Source: Gammaproteobacteria bacterium
Lineage (GTDB): Bacteria; Pseudomonadota; Gammaproteobacteria; Steroidobacterales; Woeseiaceae
DNA: 35,473 bases
Reading direction: 5' to 3'
Assembly: GCA_030641695.1 (NCBI GenBank)
Contig: DAOWGY010000013.1
Location: 1-35,473 of the forward strand
The stretch's first letter is position 1; each line of letters starts with the position of its first letter. The position numbers and the translations under genes were made by a program. Of this stretch, positions 26,339 through 35,473 are shown in pieces. The notes under the pieces are model-generated. The model was not told where the DNA came from and did not search any database. It was given only the letters and a program-made list of their open reading frames with translations.

Positions 26339-27253
26339 ATGGCTTCTGCTTCACATTCGTCCACGGCAAGAGCGATCCTGTACGCGTTCCTCGCCAACTT
26401 CGGCATCGCAATTGCGAAAACCTGGGCCGCCTGGTTGACGGGCTCCGGCAGCATGATGGCCGAGGCGATCCACTCCTACGCGGACACGGGCAACCAGGTG
26501 CTGTTGTACCTCGGCCTGACGCAGTCGCAACGACCGCCCGACGAAGAGCATCCGCTAGGCTACGGCAAGCTCAGTTATTTCTGGAGCTTCGTCGTCGCCA
26601 TCCTGCTGTTCAGCCTGGGCGGCCTGTTCTCGATTTACGAGGGTGTCCACAAGCTGCAACATCCGGAACCGCTGTCGATGATCTGGGTAGCGATTATTGT
26701 CCTGGCGCTGGCGATACTGCTTGAGGCCGGGTCGCTTTTTGGCGCGCTACGGGAGATCAAGCTGATTCGTGGCACGCGGCCGTTCGGCGAGTGGCTCAAG
26801 CACACGCGCAACTCGGAACTCGTGGTCGTGCTCGGCGAGGACATCGGCGCGCAGGTGGGATTGATGCTCGCCCTCGTGTTCCTGGTGATGGCCTGGATTA
26901 CCGGCGATCCGGTTTTCGATGCGATGGGTTCGATCTGTATCGGCGTCGTGTTGATCGTGATATCGGCCTTTGTCGGCTGGCGCGTGCGTTCACTGCTGCT
27001 GGGTCGCTCGGCTGACCCGGAAATTCAGGCTGCGATCGACGAGATCATTTGCGAAGCCGAGCACATCGAGTGCGCGCTCAACACGATTACGATTCAGTTC
27101 GGCCCTGACACGATGCTTGCTGCCAAGGTTAAAGTGCAGCCCAACCTGAACATCGAATCAGCCGTGCGCGCCATCAATGCGATGGAACGCGAGTTGAAGG
27201 CGCGCATACCGAATCTCAAATGGTGCTTCATCGAGCCCGACGTCACGGACTGA
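26339..27253 (+). CDS. Cation diffusion facilitator (CDF) family metal efflux transporter
   Basis: 304 aa with 6 TM segments. GSGSMMAEAIHSYADTGNQ is a TM2 metal-site-like motif, followed by a C-terminal cytoplasmic domain. Confidence 0.88.
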   Translation: MASASHSSTARAILYAFLANFGIAIAKTWAAWLTGSGSMMAEAIHSYADTGNQVLLYLGLTQSQRPPDEEHPLGYGKLSYFWSFVVAILLFSLGGLFSIYEGVHKLQHPEPLSMIWVAIIVLALAILLEAGSLFGALREIKLIRGTRPFGEWLKHTRNSELVVVLGEDIGAQVGLMLALVFLVMAWITGDPVFDAMGSICIGVVLIVISAFVGWRVRSLLLGRSADPEIQAAIDEIICEAEHIECALNTITIQFGPDTMLAAKVKVQPNLNIESAVRAINAMERELKARIPNLKWCFIEPDVTD

Positions 27254-27256
27254 CGT

Positions 27257-28108
27257 TCAGCTCGCCGGCATGTTATGGATGTGCACATCCTGTTGCGGGT
27301 ACGGGAATGAGATTCCGACCTCGTCGAAGCGCTTTTTGATGGCTTCGGTTAAAGCGAAGCGAACGCCCCAATAATCTGCCGTACTGACCCACGGCCGCAG
27401 CACGAAGTTGACACTGCTGTCCGCGAGTTCGGACACCGCTATCGTGACGGCCGGGTCGTCGAGAATGCGGTCCTCCACCGCGACCAGCGCTTCGAGTTCC
27501 TTTCGAACCTGGTCGATATCGTCTTCATAGCTAACCCCGACGACGAGGTCGATGCGCCGCGTGTCGTTCGCGGAATAGTTGGTGATAGTCGCGCCCATGA
27601 TCTGGCTGTTCGGTACGATAACCTGCTTGTTGTCGCCGGTCTTCAGGACTGTCGTCAGAATCTGCACCTCCTCGACTGCGCCCGAGATTCCCGCGCCTTC
27701 GATCCAGTCACCGACCTTGTAGGGGCGAAACAATACGATCAGGACACCGGAGGCAAAATTAGCGAGCGAGCCCTGGAGTGCCAGACCGACGGCGAGGCCC
27801 GCAGCGCCGACCAGGGCGATGAGTGATGCCGTCTGTACGCCGAGCTGGTTGATGGCCGCGATGATGACGAACAGCATCAGCAGCATGCGTGCGAGATTGG
27901 CAACGAATCGCCGCAGCGTCTGGTCCATGTCGCCCTTCTGCATGGCTTTGAGCAGGCCGCGCACGATCAGGTTAACGACCCATTTGCCGACATAGAAAAT
28001 GACGATCGCGATCAAGACGTTGACAGCGAAGTCGACGCCCGTCGTTTTCATCATGAGCAAGATTTCGGCCCAGTCGAAGCCGAGGTTTGGCCAGTTCTCG
28101 GTAGTCAT
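27257..28108 (-). CDS. Small-conductance mechanosensitive channel (MscS family)
   Basis: 283 aa with 3 TM segments, then PYKVGDWIEGAGISGAVEEVQILTTVLKTGDNKQVIVPNSQIM, the MscS beta-domain signature. Confidence 0.88.
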   Translation of the reverse strand: MTTENWPNLGFDWAEILLMMKTTGVDFAVNVLIAIVIFYVGKWVVNLIVRGLLKAMQKGDMDQTLRRFVANLARMLLMLFVIIAAINQLGVQTASLIALVGAAGLAVGLALQGSLANFASGVLIVLFRPYKVGDWIEGAGISGAVEEVQILTTVLKTGDNKQVIVPNSQIMGATITNYSANDTRRIDLVVGVSYEDDIDQVRKELEALVAVEDRILDDPAVTIAVSELADSSVNFVLRPWVSTADYWGVRFALTEAIKKRFDEVGISFPYPQQDVHIHNMPAS

Positions 28109-28120
28109 TAGTCGTGCTCC

Positions 28121-29008
28121 TTATGTTGTTATTTCTTTTTTTCGCTGACTCAATATCAACCAGTTGCCGATCAGCGTCAGCGACATGCCGATTATAGCCA
28201 GCGTCGTCCAGCGGTATCCCTCGAGATACGTCGATATCAACAACGCAACGATCGGATATAGCACCGTGCTGTACGATGCCCGCGAGGCGCCAATACGGCG
28301 TAACAAAGCAAGGTAGCAGCCGAACGCTACCGCCGAGCCGAAGATGGTGAGGTACGCGAGTGAGACGATGTAGTCCGCCCGCGTCGAGAAGTTGAATTCA
28401 CGCCCCAGGGCGGCGGCGATCAGAAATGCCAGCATTGCGGCGAACGCCATCGCATGCGCATTTACCGCAACGACGGGCAACCCGCGATTCGTGTTGACGA
28501 CGGCAGTCATGTTGCCAAGTGACGCGATCAAGGTACCGAATAAGACCAGCATGCCGCCGTACACCGATTTATCGGTCAGGCTCACGTCGGCGATCTCGGG
28601 CCAGAAGATCATTGCAATACCGGTGATGCCGATCACTGCCGCCAGCCAGAATCGCATATCGATTCGTCGTCCGAAAAACAGCCGTTCGAATATCGCGTTC
28701 ATGACGAGAATGCTGCTGAACAACACCGCGACGATGCCTGAGGTCAGGTAAGCGGTGCCATAGTAGACAAAAAAGTAATTGATGCAAAACAGCAACGTGC
28801 CCTGCAGGAACACGAACGGATACACGCTGGCGGGCAAGTGTAAGCGCCGCCGGCTGGCGAGCGCAAACAGGTATAAGACGATTGCGGCCAGGCCAAAGCG
28901 ATAAGCGACCGAGACTTCCTCGGCAACGACGCCGAGTTGATACGGAATTGCAGCCCAGGTGGAGCCCCAGATAAGCACAACGGCCGCATACAGCAGAATA
29001 TTCTGCAT
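28121..29008 (-). CDS. DMT-superfamily transporter (two EamA domains)
   Basis: 295 aa with about 10 TM helices and the typical EamA N-terminus (LLYAAVVLIWGSTWAAI). Confidence 0.85.
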   Translation of the reverse strand: MQNILLYAAVVLIWGSTWAAIPYQLGVVAEEVSVAYRFGLAAIVLYLFALASRRRLHLPASVYPFVFLQGTLLFCINYFFVYYGTAYLTSGIVAVLFSSILVMNAIFERLFFGRRIDMRFWLAAVIGITGIAMIFWPEIADVSLTDKSVYGGMLVLFGTLIASLGNMTAVVNTNRGLPVVAVNAHAMAFAAMLAFLIAAALGREFNFSTRADYIVSLAYLTIFGSAVAFGCYLALLRRIGASRASYSTVLYPIVALLISTYLEGYRWTTLAIIGMSLTLIGNWLILSQRKKEITT

Positions 29009-29009
29009 G

Positions 29010-30128
29010 CTACTGGCCGGGTATGCCTTCGGTTCCGGGCTGGAAACGGAATATCTTGTAGGGGCTTTGCGACCTTATGTGATCCTGCGGCTGTAACACC
29101 ACATCGCTCAACGCACTGTCCGCGACGTACAACCAGCCGCCGGGACCGAAGGACAATGCATCAGGCCAGCGGATATCGCTGGACTGCAACAGCGTTTGCG
29201 GATCGCGGTCTGCGCCGACGATAAAGATCGCACGATGTTCGACGTCAGTAACATACACGTTGCCTTCGATGTCGATGCTAAGTCCGTCCGACAGTGGTTT
29301 GACACTGTAACTCTCGACACGTTTGGCGAGTTGCGATTCGGGTAGATTCTCGTCGCGCAGATCGCGCAGCCGGACGCGATACAATTCCGAGCCGCTCAAT
29401 GCCGCGAAGTACAACCATTCGGGGCCAAGTGCGATGCCGTCGATACCGCCACGCAGTGAGACGAGGCCACCGAAGAAACTCATCTCGCGATCCCCGCTGC
29501 TGATTACATAGTCCTCAGCGGACACCGTCGGATGCGATTCGAGCACACGTCTCGCTGTGGCGGACTCGATATCGTAAACGATTATCGCCGGGCTCTTGCG
29601 CCAGAAGCTCGCGTCGGCAATGACGAGCGTGCGACCATCGGCGCTGACCTGAAGGTCCTGCAGAAACGAGCCGATGGGAGCGATATCGGGTGGCAGCCGG
29701 TGATCGTGAATTACCTCGCCGGTGTTCAGGTCGAATGCCAGCAAGCGCGCCCTGCGCATGCCGTGATTGCCGTGATCGATGGTCCACAGACGGTCGTGTT
29801 GATCGATAGCGACGCCCAGCACCGTATCGAACAGTTCGATTTGCTGTTGAATGGTCGGGTAGGGCACGGCAGCGCCGTTAACGTATTCGAGCAGCTTGTT
29901 GCCCTTCGGGCGGGATTCCGGGTGCACGGTGAAGAACAGCCGTCCGGCGTCACTGACAGCGACGTTACCGATTGGCTCCGGATAGTCGAGAACCACCTCG
30001 AGCATATCGCTACTCAACAAGGCCGCCGCGGTCAGATTCGCATACGGCTTGCCGCCGCCATAGCGAATACGTGCGATGGCCGCCAGAATGACTGTCAGTA
30101 TCAGTAAGAACAGCATTATGTTGTTCAT
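29010..30128 (-). CDS. Membrane-anchored six-bladed beta-propeller, major-royal-jelly-protein / Yellow (L-dopachrome-tautomerase-related) family candidate
   Basis: N-terminal TM (MNNIMLFLLILTVILAAIA). Blocks GNVAVSDAGRLFFTVHPE, VLGVAIDQHDRLWTIDHG, SFLQDLQVSADGRTLVIADAS, GIDGIALGPEWLYFAALSGSELYRV, DGLSIDIEGNVYVTDVE and WPDALSFGPGGWLYVADS match my memory of bacterial PF03022 proteins. An SMP-30/NHL-type propeller is the alternative. Confidence 0.55.
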   Translation of the reverse strand: MNNIMLFLLILTVILAAIARIRYGGGKPYANLTAAALLSSDMLEVVLDYPEPIGNVAVSDAGRLFFTVHPESRPKGNKLLEYVNGAAVPYPTIQQQIELFDTVLGVAIDQHDRLWTIDHGNHGMRRARLLAFDLNTGEVIHDHRLPPDIAPIGSFLQDLQVSADGRTLVIADASFWRKSPAIIVYDIESATARRVLESHPTVSAEDYVISSGDREMSFFGGLVSLRGGIDGIALGPEWLYFAALSGSELYRVRLRDLRDENLPESQLAKRVESYSVKPLSDGLSIDIEGNVYVTDVEHRAIFIVGADRDPQTLLQSSDIRWPDALSFGPGGWLYVADSALSDVVLQPQDHIRSQSPYKIFRFQPGTEGIPGQ

Positions 30129-30207
30129 CGGTGTCTGCTGGGGCTTGTTGCCTGTGCTCCTTTGTGCCTATATCCCCGGCCGGGATTCTACATGATTAAG
30201 GGCCGGG

Positions 30208-31113
30208 TCAAACAAGCAGGGCGATACTCCAGGCGGCGACGATCAACAGCGCAGCTCCAATGCCGCCCAGCATCTGCCAACGCGTTTCGAGAATCCGGTC
30301 TTTCGCCAACGTCAAGAGCATGCCACCGCCGAAGCCACACACGAAACCGAAGAGATGCGCGCCGATGTCGGTGTTTTCGTCACCGGTTCCGGTGTACATG
30401 AGCAACGCCAGGCCGCCGACGATCGGGCCATTGCGATACACCCAGCGTTCCTGCGACATCAGCTTGGCACGCCAGACGTAACCAGCGACGATGCCAAGGG
30501 CGGCGAACACGGCCGTCGATGCGCCGAGGGAACGGTGTGCGGATTCCAGCAACAGCGTGTTCAGGAGATTGCCCATGGCGCCCGTGACGATGATTGCGAA
30601 CCATGCGACACCCGAACCCAGAATGCGTCCGGCAAAAAGACCGAAGAGTGCGCCGAAAATGAGATTGCCCGCGATGTGTCGCAAGCCGGAGTGCAGCGTC
30701 AGTGCCGTCACCGTGCGCCACCACTCGCCGGCGCGCACGAGTACGCCATCGACACGCCCGGCCTGAAACCAGTTCTCTCCGAGGGCCGATACCCCGGCGA
30801 GCCAGGCGACGCCGGAGATGACCAGGATGTACGCAACGACGCCGGGCATCGCTTTCTGGTAGCGAATGACCTTGCGCGGCTTCGGGACGATCGGCGGGTT
30901 CGCCTCGTCGTAGAGGCTGATCTCCTCGATCGCGCGCGCTGAATATTCTGCCGGTGCGACGATCACGGATCCTCCCGCGTCGTGGACGACCTGGTGAGGA
31001 ATTTCGGCGGCTGCGAGCACCAGCGCACGATCCGCGCACGCTGCGCGGTTGCGGCTCTCGTAGACAACGCGCAGATCGTCAGTCACAGGCGTTGCTGACG
31101 CGCACGAGTTCAT
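30208..31113 (-). CDS. Rhomboid-family intramembrane serine protease with an N-terminal cytoplasmic domain
   Basis: WWRTVTALTLHSGLRHIAGNLIFG (HxxxN region), the GASTAVFAALG catalytic Ser motif, and a later GAHLFGF catalytic His. Confidence 0.85.
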   Translation of the reverse strand: MNSCASATPVTDDLRVVYESRNRAACADRALVLAAAEIPHQVVHDAGGSVIVAPAEYSARAIEEISLYDEANPPIVPKPRKVIRYQKAMPGVVAYILVISGVAWLAGVSALGENWFQAGRVDGVLVRAGEWWRTVTALTLHSGLRHIAGNLIFGALFGLFAGRILGSGVAWFAIIVTGAMGNLLNTLLLESAHRSLGASTAVFAALGIVAGYVWRAKLMSQERWVYRNGPIVGGLALLMYTGTGDENTDIGAHLFGFVCGFGGGMLLTLAKDRILETRWQMLGGIGAALLIVAAWSIALLV

Positions 31114-31179
31114 GGGCTTCGGGATTCATGCGGTCATTTTGGTTAAAGTAGCTAGCTCGATCAATCGTCTGGAGAACCA

Positions 31180-31728
31180 ATGAGGCAGACACTCACTGTA
31201 TTGCTGCTTGCAGCGGCCCTCATTGCCCCTGCACGCGCCGAAGTTACGGACTCTGCGGAAATTGGATTTACGACCGCGCACGAGGTAACGATCGACGCGC
31301 CGAGGAATCGTGTCTGGCAGGCAGCTGTCGCCGAGGTAGGGCAGTGGTGGAGCGATGATCATACGGTTGACGGCTATGCCGGACGCATGAGCATCGAGGC
31401 TCGACCGCAAGGCTGTTTTTGCGAGACATTCGAAAACGGCGGTGGCGTGGTCCACATGACGGTTACGTTCGTCAATCCCGGCATCATACTGCGCCTGACC
31501 GGCGGTCTCGGGCCGCTCGGTCTGATGGGCGTGAATGGCAACATGACGTGGGAGATGTTCGATTCAGACGAGGCTACGCGCGTGAAGTTCACGTATGCCG
31601 TCGGCGGCTATCGCGCCGGTGGTCTGGGTGCGATCGCCGTACCGGTCGACTATGTCATCGGCGAGGCGCTGGCGCGGCTGAAGGCACACGTCGAGACAGG
31701 CGATGCCAATCGAGCGAGCGTTGACTGA
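31180..31728 (+). CDS. Secreted SRPBCC-superfamily (AHSA1/START-like) protein
   Basis: Signal peptide MRQTLTVLLLAAALIAPARA. IDAPRNRVWQAAVAEVGQWW is a typical SRPBCC N-terminal strand-helix. GGAG RBS. Confidence 0.65.
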   Translation: MRQTLTVLLLAAALIAPARAEVTDSAEIGFTTAHEVTIDAPRNRVWQAAVAEVGQWWSDDHTVDGYAGRMSIEARPQGCFCETFENGGGVVHMTVTFVNPGIILRLTGGLGPLGLMGVNGNMTWEMFDSDEATRVKFTYAVGGYRAGGLGAIAVPVDYVIGEALARLKAHVETGDANRASVD

Positions 31729-31746
31729 TACCAGCGGGGCGCTTGA

Positions 31747-32583
31747 GTGACGGCGTTCGGGCCGGAAATGCCCCGCTTCAGCGAGCTTGCGTCGGGCGTG
31801 CGTCGCTTGCTGGCGCCTAATCCGTCGATAATGACGGGTCCGGGGACGAACACGTACCTGTTCGGCTCGTCGGAAATCGCGGTCATCGATCCGGGTCCGA
31901 ACCTCGAAGAGCACATCGACCAGATCGTGGCAACCGCTGGCGCTCCGATTCGCTGGGTACTTGTCACGCACACGCACCCCGATCACTCGCCCGCTGCGAT
32001 GCCACTTGCCGCCCGAACCGGTGCTGAGGTACTGGGGCGACCGCCTGCCGAAGGTGAGCATCAGGACATGACGTTCAAAGCCGATCGCATACTCAACGAT
32101 GGCGACAGCCTGGCGACAGGCGAATTCGTTCTGCAGGCCGTGCACACTCCGGGTCATGCGTCGAATCATCTCTGTTTCCGTCACGAAGAAACGAACTGGC
32201 TCGTGACGGGTGATCAGGTCATCGACGGCTCGACGGTCGTTATCGATCCGCCCGACGGCAATATGAAGGATTACATCGAGTCATTGCGACGCTTGAAGGT
32301 CATGAGATTTGAGGCGTTACTGCCCGGTCACGGCGAACGCATCGACGACCCGGTCCGTATCATTGACTGGATCGTCGATCATCGCCTCGAACGTGAAGCG
32401 AAAGTACTTGCCGCACTGCAGGCAAATCCGAACCTGTCGTCACATGATCTCGTGCCACACGTATACCAGGACGTGCCCGAGCACCTGTACGGCTGGGCGG
32501 AACGATCGTTGCTGGCGCACCTCCTGAAGCTCGAGGACGACGGTCTTGCCGAAATCGGCAACGAGACCTGGTCGACGACGTAG
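31747..32583 (+). CDS. MBL-fold metallo-hydrolase
   Basis: The THTHPDH zinc motif, plus TPGHASNH and LPGHG. Start is GTG at 31747 or ATG at 31768. Confidence 0.85.
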   Translation: MTAFGPEMPRFSELASGVRRLLAPNPSIMTGPGTNTYLFGSSEIAVIDPGPNLEEHIDQIVATAGAPIRWVLVTHTHPDHSPAAMPLAARTGAEVLGRPPAEGEHQDMTFKADRILNDGDSLATGEFVLQAVHTPGHASNHLCFRHEETNWLVTGDQVIDGSTVVIDPPDGNMKDYIESLRRLKVMRFEALLPGHGERIDDPVRIIDWIVDHRLEREAKVLAALQANPNLSSHDLVPHVYQDVPEHLYGWAERSLLAHLLKLEDDGLAEIGNETWSTT

Positions 32584-32593
32584 CCGGACTGCA

Positions 32594-33313
32594 ATGAAAC
32601 AGTGCCGCAATTGCCGCACGTCATTCGACGGCGCCTTCTGTCCGAGCTGCGGCCAGAAAGACATCGATCTCGAGCGATCGCTTAGCGAACTCGTTGGCGA
32701 AGTTCTACGAGAGACGCTTGAAATCGACGGCCGCTCATTTCGTACGATTCGGGCTCTGTTCCTGCAGCCAGGTACGTTGACCGCTGAGTTTCTCGCCGGA
32801 CGACGAAGGGCCTACTCGTCGCCGTTGCGCCTGTATCTTGTTATCAGCGTGTCGTTTTTCGTGCTGGCTGCCTGGTTGGCAGGACGCGGTGTGCTGCTGG
32901 ATTCGGGGCAGAGTATTGACACGGATGCGTTGAGTCAGGCGCGGTTCCTGTCCGATGATCTGCCACGCCTGATGTTTGTACTTTTGCCGATCTTTGCAAT
33001 ATTGCTCAAGATCGCTACCCCGCGACGATTGTATTTCGATCACATCATTTTTTCGATTCACCTGCACAGTTTTGCCTATGTCGTGCTGGCGCTGATGCTG
33101 CCACTTGAAAACGTCGGGCACTGGCTTGCTATTGTTATTCAGGTGCTCCTTCTGGCTTACTTGCTGATCTACTTCGTAATATCCGTGCGCTGCGTCTACG
33201 ACACGAGCTGGACAGCTGCGACCGTGAAATCAGCAGCAGTCCTGTTCACATACCTGATTATTTTCTCGGGCCTCATCGAAACTGCGAGCAGTCTTAGAAT
33301 TCTGTCCGACTAG
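32594..33313 (+). CDS. DUF3667-like membrane protein with an N-terminal zinc ribbon
   Basis: MKQCRNCRTSFDGAFCPSCGQK (CxxC...CxxC), then several TM helices. Start at ATG 32594. The ORF-track start at 32546 overlaps the MBL gene. Confidence 0.6.
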   Translation: MKQCRNCRTSFDGAFCPSCGQKDIDLERSLSELVGEVLRETLEIDGRSFRTIRALFLQPGTLTAEFLAGRRRAYSSPLRLYLVISVSFFVLAAWLAGRGVLLDSGQSIDTDALSQARFLSDDLPRLMFVLLPIFAILLKIATPRRLYFDHIIFSIHLHSFAYVVLALMLPLENVGHWLAIVIQVLLLAYLLIYFVISVRCVYDTSWTAATVKSAAVLFTYLIIFSGLIETASSLRILSD

Positions 33314-33356
33314 GCTTGAGGATACAGGGCCGCAGCAATCCGTCCGCGACGTAGCC

Positions 33357-34343
33357 TTACTCGATCGTCCAGCTACTGGGCCCCTTGATGAAGTCAGCGA
33401 CTTTCTTTGTGCGTTGCATGCGCGACGGATGGTGCGCATAAAAGGCGTCTTCGAAGCGCTGTGCCGGTTGCCGGTAGATAACGCCAAGCGCGACAGGCAG
33501 GTGCAAATCAACGAGCAAGCGGGCGAGCATGACATTGCCTTCGTCATGTATTAGCACTTCGTCGGCTGACTCGGTCGCGTCGATGACCTCGAGCATATAA
33601 CTCTCTGAATTAAAACGAATTCCTTGGTGGCTTTTCTCGCCGAACAACATTGGTTCGCCGTGCTTCAGGTGCAGCTGGGTCTGCGCGGCGTTCTTGCGTG
33701 CAGTGAAAGAGGCGAACACGTCTTCGTTATAGACGATGCAGTTCTGGAAGATCTCGGTAAAGGATGCACCACCGAATGCGTGCGCCTGTTGCAGCACGTC
33801 ACCGAGGCCGACCTTGTCGGTATCGATCGCACGCGCCAGGAATTTCGCGCCGGCGCCGAGCGCGAACTGGCCAGGTGACACGGGCGTGTCGACGGAGCCC
33901 GCCGGACTCGATGGCGAGGTCGTTCCGACACGTGACGTCGGCGAGTACTGCCCCTTCGTGAGGCCGTAGATTTCGTTGTTGAACAACAGGATTTTCAGGC
34001 CGACATTGCGACGCAATGTGTGCAGCAGGTGGTTGCCACCGATCGACAAGCCGTCGCCATCACCCGTAACGACCCACACATCGAGGTCCGGGTTTGCGAG
34101 CTTCAAACCGGTGGCGATGGCAGGCGCACGACCGTGAATCGTGTGAAAGCCGTAAGTGTCGACGTAGTAAGGAAAGCGTGCGGCACAACCGATGCCCGAC
34201 ACGAATACGGTCGACTCGGGTCGTGCGCCGACATCGGCGAGCGTCTTGGTCACCGACTTGAGTATCGCGTAGTCACCGCAGCCCGGGCACCAGCGCACGT
34301 CCTGTGAGGTTGCGAAGTCCTTGGGCGTGAGTTTTTCAGTCAT
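33357..34343 (-). CDS. korB: 2-oxoacid:ferredoxin (acceptor) oxidoreductase, beta subunit
   Basis: MTEKLTPKDFATSQDVRWCPGCGDYAIL, and the TPP-binding block GDGDGLSIGGNH. ATGA start/stop overlap with the alpha subunit gene. Confidence 0.88.
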   Translation of the reverse strand: MTEKLTPKDFATSQDVRWCPGCGDYAILKSVTKTLADVGARPESTVFVSGIGCAARFPYYVDTYGFHTIHGRAPAIATGLKLANPDLDVWVVTGDGDGLSIGGNHLLHTLRRNVGLKILLFNNEIYGLTKGQYSPTSRVGTTSPSSPAGSVDTPVSPGQFALGAGAKFLARAIDTDKVGLGDVLQQAHAFGGASFTEIFQNCIVYNEDVFASFTARKNAAQTQLHLKHGEPMLFGEKSHQGIRFNSESYMLEVIDATESADEVLIHDEGNVMLARLLVDLHLPVALGVIYRQPAQRFEDAFYAHHPSRMQRTKKVADFIKGPSSWTIE

Positions 34344-35473
34344 GACGCATCCGCTTGTGACACCGCCTGAATTCTCTCAACGAGCTCGGCGATTTTGAAC
34401 GGTTGCCCGCTGACCTTGTTGAAAGGGACAGGGCTGACGGCCAGCCGGTCACGCAGCAAGGTCGTGAGCTGGCCGTTGTTCATTTCAGGGACGAGAATCC
34501 TGTCGAAACGGCTGAGTATTTCCGCGAGGTTTTTCGGCAGAGGATTGATGTGTCGCAGGTGCAAAAAGCTCGTGTCGGTCTGCCGTGCCGCCTGGTAGAT
34601 CGGCCCATAGGTCGAGCCCCAGCCGACGACGACGAGGTCGCCGCTATCCTCGCCATGCTCCATGGCTTGATCGGGTATGAACTCGGCAACTGCATCGACT
34701 TTCGCCTGGCGAAAATCAGTCATGCGCTGATGGTTGTCGGGATCGTAGGAGATATGACCGGTGTCGTAGTCTTTCTCGAGGCCACCGGTGCGATGCACGA
34801 GCCCAGGCATACCAGGAGTTATCCAGGGCCGACCGAGGCTCTCCGGATCGCGCTGGTACGCGGCTCTCTGTGGCGTCAGATCAGCGGATACTTCGGGTAC
34901 CGCGTGGCTTTCGATCCGCGGAATCGATTCGAGATCCGGGATCATCCAGGGTTCAGCCGCGTTCGACAGGTAACCGTCGGCGAGCAGAATCACCGGCGTC
35001 ATGTGACGGAGCGCGATACGCACGGCTTCAATCGCCATGTCGAAGCAGTCTTCCGACGAGGCGACCGCCAATACCGGTAGAGGCGTGTCTGCATTACGCC
35101 CATAGACAGCCTGGTACAGATCGGACTGTTCGGTCTTGGTGGGCAGGCCCGTCGACGGTCCGCCACGTTGCCAGTTCACGATGACGAGCGGCAATTCCGC
35201 GATGACGGCGAGTCCCATGGCTTCGGTCTTCAACGCGATACCTGGGCCCGAACTCGAGGTTACTCCGATCATGCCGCCGTAAGATGCGCCGATTGCCGCA
35301 CACACGGCGGCGATTTCATCTTCCGCCTGGAACGTTCCAATACCGAGTTCCTGCAACCGCGTGAGTCGATGCAGGAGTGGCGATGACGGTGTTATCGGGT
35401 AGGAGCAAAACAAGACGGAGCGGTCGGCGAGTTCGCCGGCCGCCGCGATTCCCAGTGCCAGGGCCTCGGCGCC
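34340..35473 (-). CDS. korA: 2-oxoacid:ferredoxin (acceptor) oxidoreductase, alpha subunit. C-terminal about 377 codons; the gene continues past the right edge.
   Basis: The frame stays open to the window edge. My translation upstream of the ORF-track Met reads GAEALALGIAAAGELADRSVLFCSYPITPSS, the typical KorA/PorA N-terminal domain. Confidence 0.88.
   Translation of the reverse strand, partial: GAEALALGIAAAGELADRSVLFCSYPITPSSPLLHRLTRLQELGIGTFQAEDEIAAVCAAIGASYGGMIGVTSSSGPGIALKTEAMGLAVIAELPLVIVNWQRGGPSTGLPTKTEQSDLYQAVYGRNADTPLPVLAVASSEDCFDMAIEAVRIALRHMTPVILLADGYLSNAAEPWMIPDLESIPRIESHAVPEVSADLTPQRAAYQRDPESLGRPWITPGMPGLVHRTGGLEKDYDTGHISYDPDNHQRMTDFRQAKVDAVAEFIPDQAMEHGEDSGDLVVVGWGSTYGPIYQAARQTDTSFLHLRHINPLPKNLAEILSRFDRILVPEMNNGQLTTLLRDRLAVSPVPFNKVSGQPFKIAELVERIQAVSQADAS

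Overview
This is a dense, GC-rich (roughly 60% by eye) chromosomal segment that looks gammaproteobacterial. Supporting signs are the GroES/GroEL sequences, MsrPQ, a PA0069-type radical SAM gene, and a CTGT-N8-ACAG SOS box. I count about 40 protein-coding genes and found no rRNA or tRNA, CRISPR array, transposase, integrase, phage gene or recognisable defence gene. It reads as core genome, not an accessory island.

Gene content, left to right:
- dsbD (5' part), groES-groEL, htpX, an FkbM-type methyltransferase, msrQ-msrP
- a DsbA-like oxidoreductase, an epoxide-hydrolase-like alpha/beta hydrolase, a TraR/DksA zinc-finger protein, a double TlpA-like redoxin
- a type-2 ileS, an orphan ORF, an SRPBCC+GyrI-like protein, murI
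- two predicted lipoprotein metallopeptidases (atypical M49 and DUF885)
- a tight minus-strand cluster: TPR/TonB_C protein, M23 peptidase, msrA, folE, strictosidine-synthase-like propeller
- an SOS-box-controlled radical SAM gene, a glycine-zipper lipoprotein, a CDF transporter
- a second tight minus-strand cluster: rhomboid, MRJP/yellow-like propeller, EamA, MscS
- an SRPBCC protein, an MBL hydrolase, a DUF3667 protein, and korB plus korA (partial)

The most notable signals are non-coding:
- a complete Ile-specific T-box attenuator in front of the type-2 ileS, which is unexpected for this lineage
- a perfect LexA box overlapping the -10 of the radical SAM gene
- a perfect CIRCE operator in front of groESL
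- an 84-bp nested palindrome after murI
- five near-identical in-frame 36-bp repeats inside the TPR/TonB_C gene

I did not find convincing evidence for a new multi-gene system such as a defence island. The gene-cluster findings below are hypotheses for follow-up, not claims.
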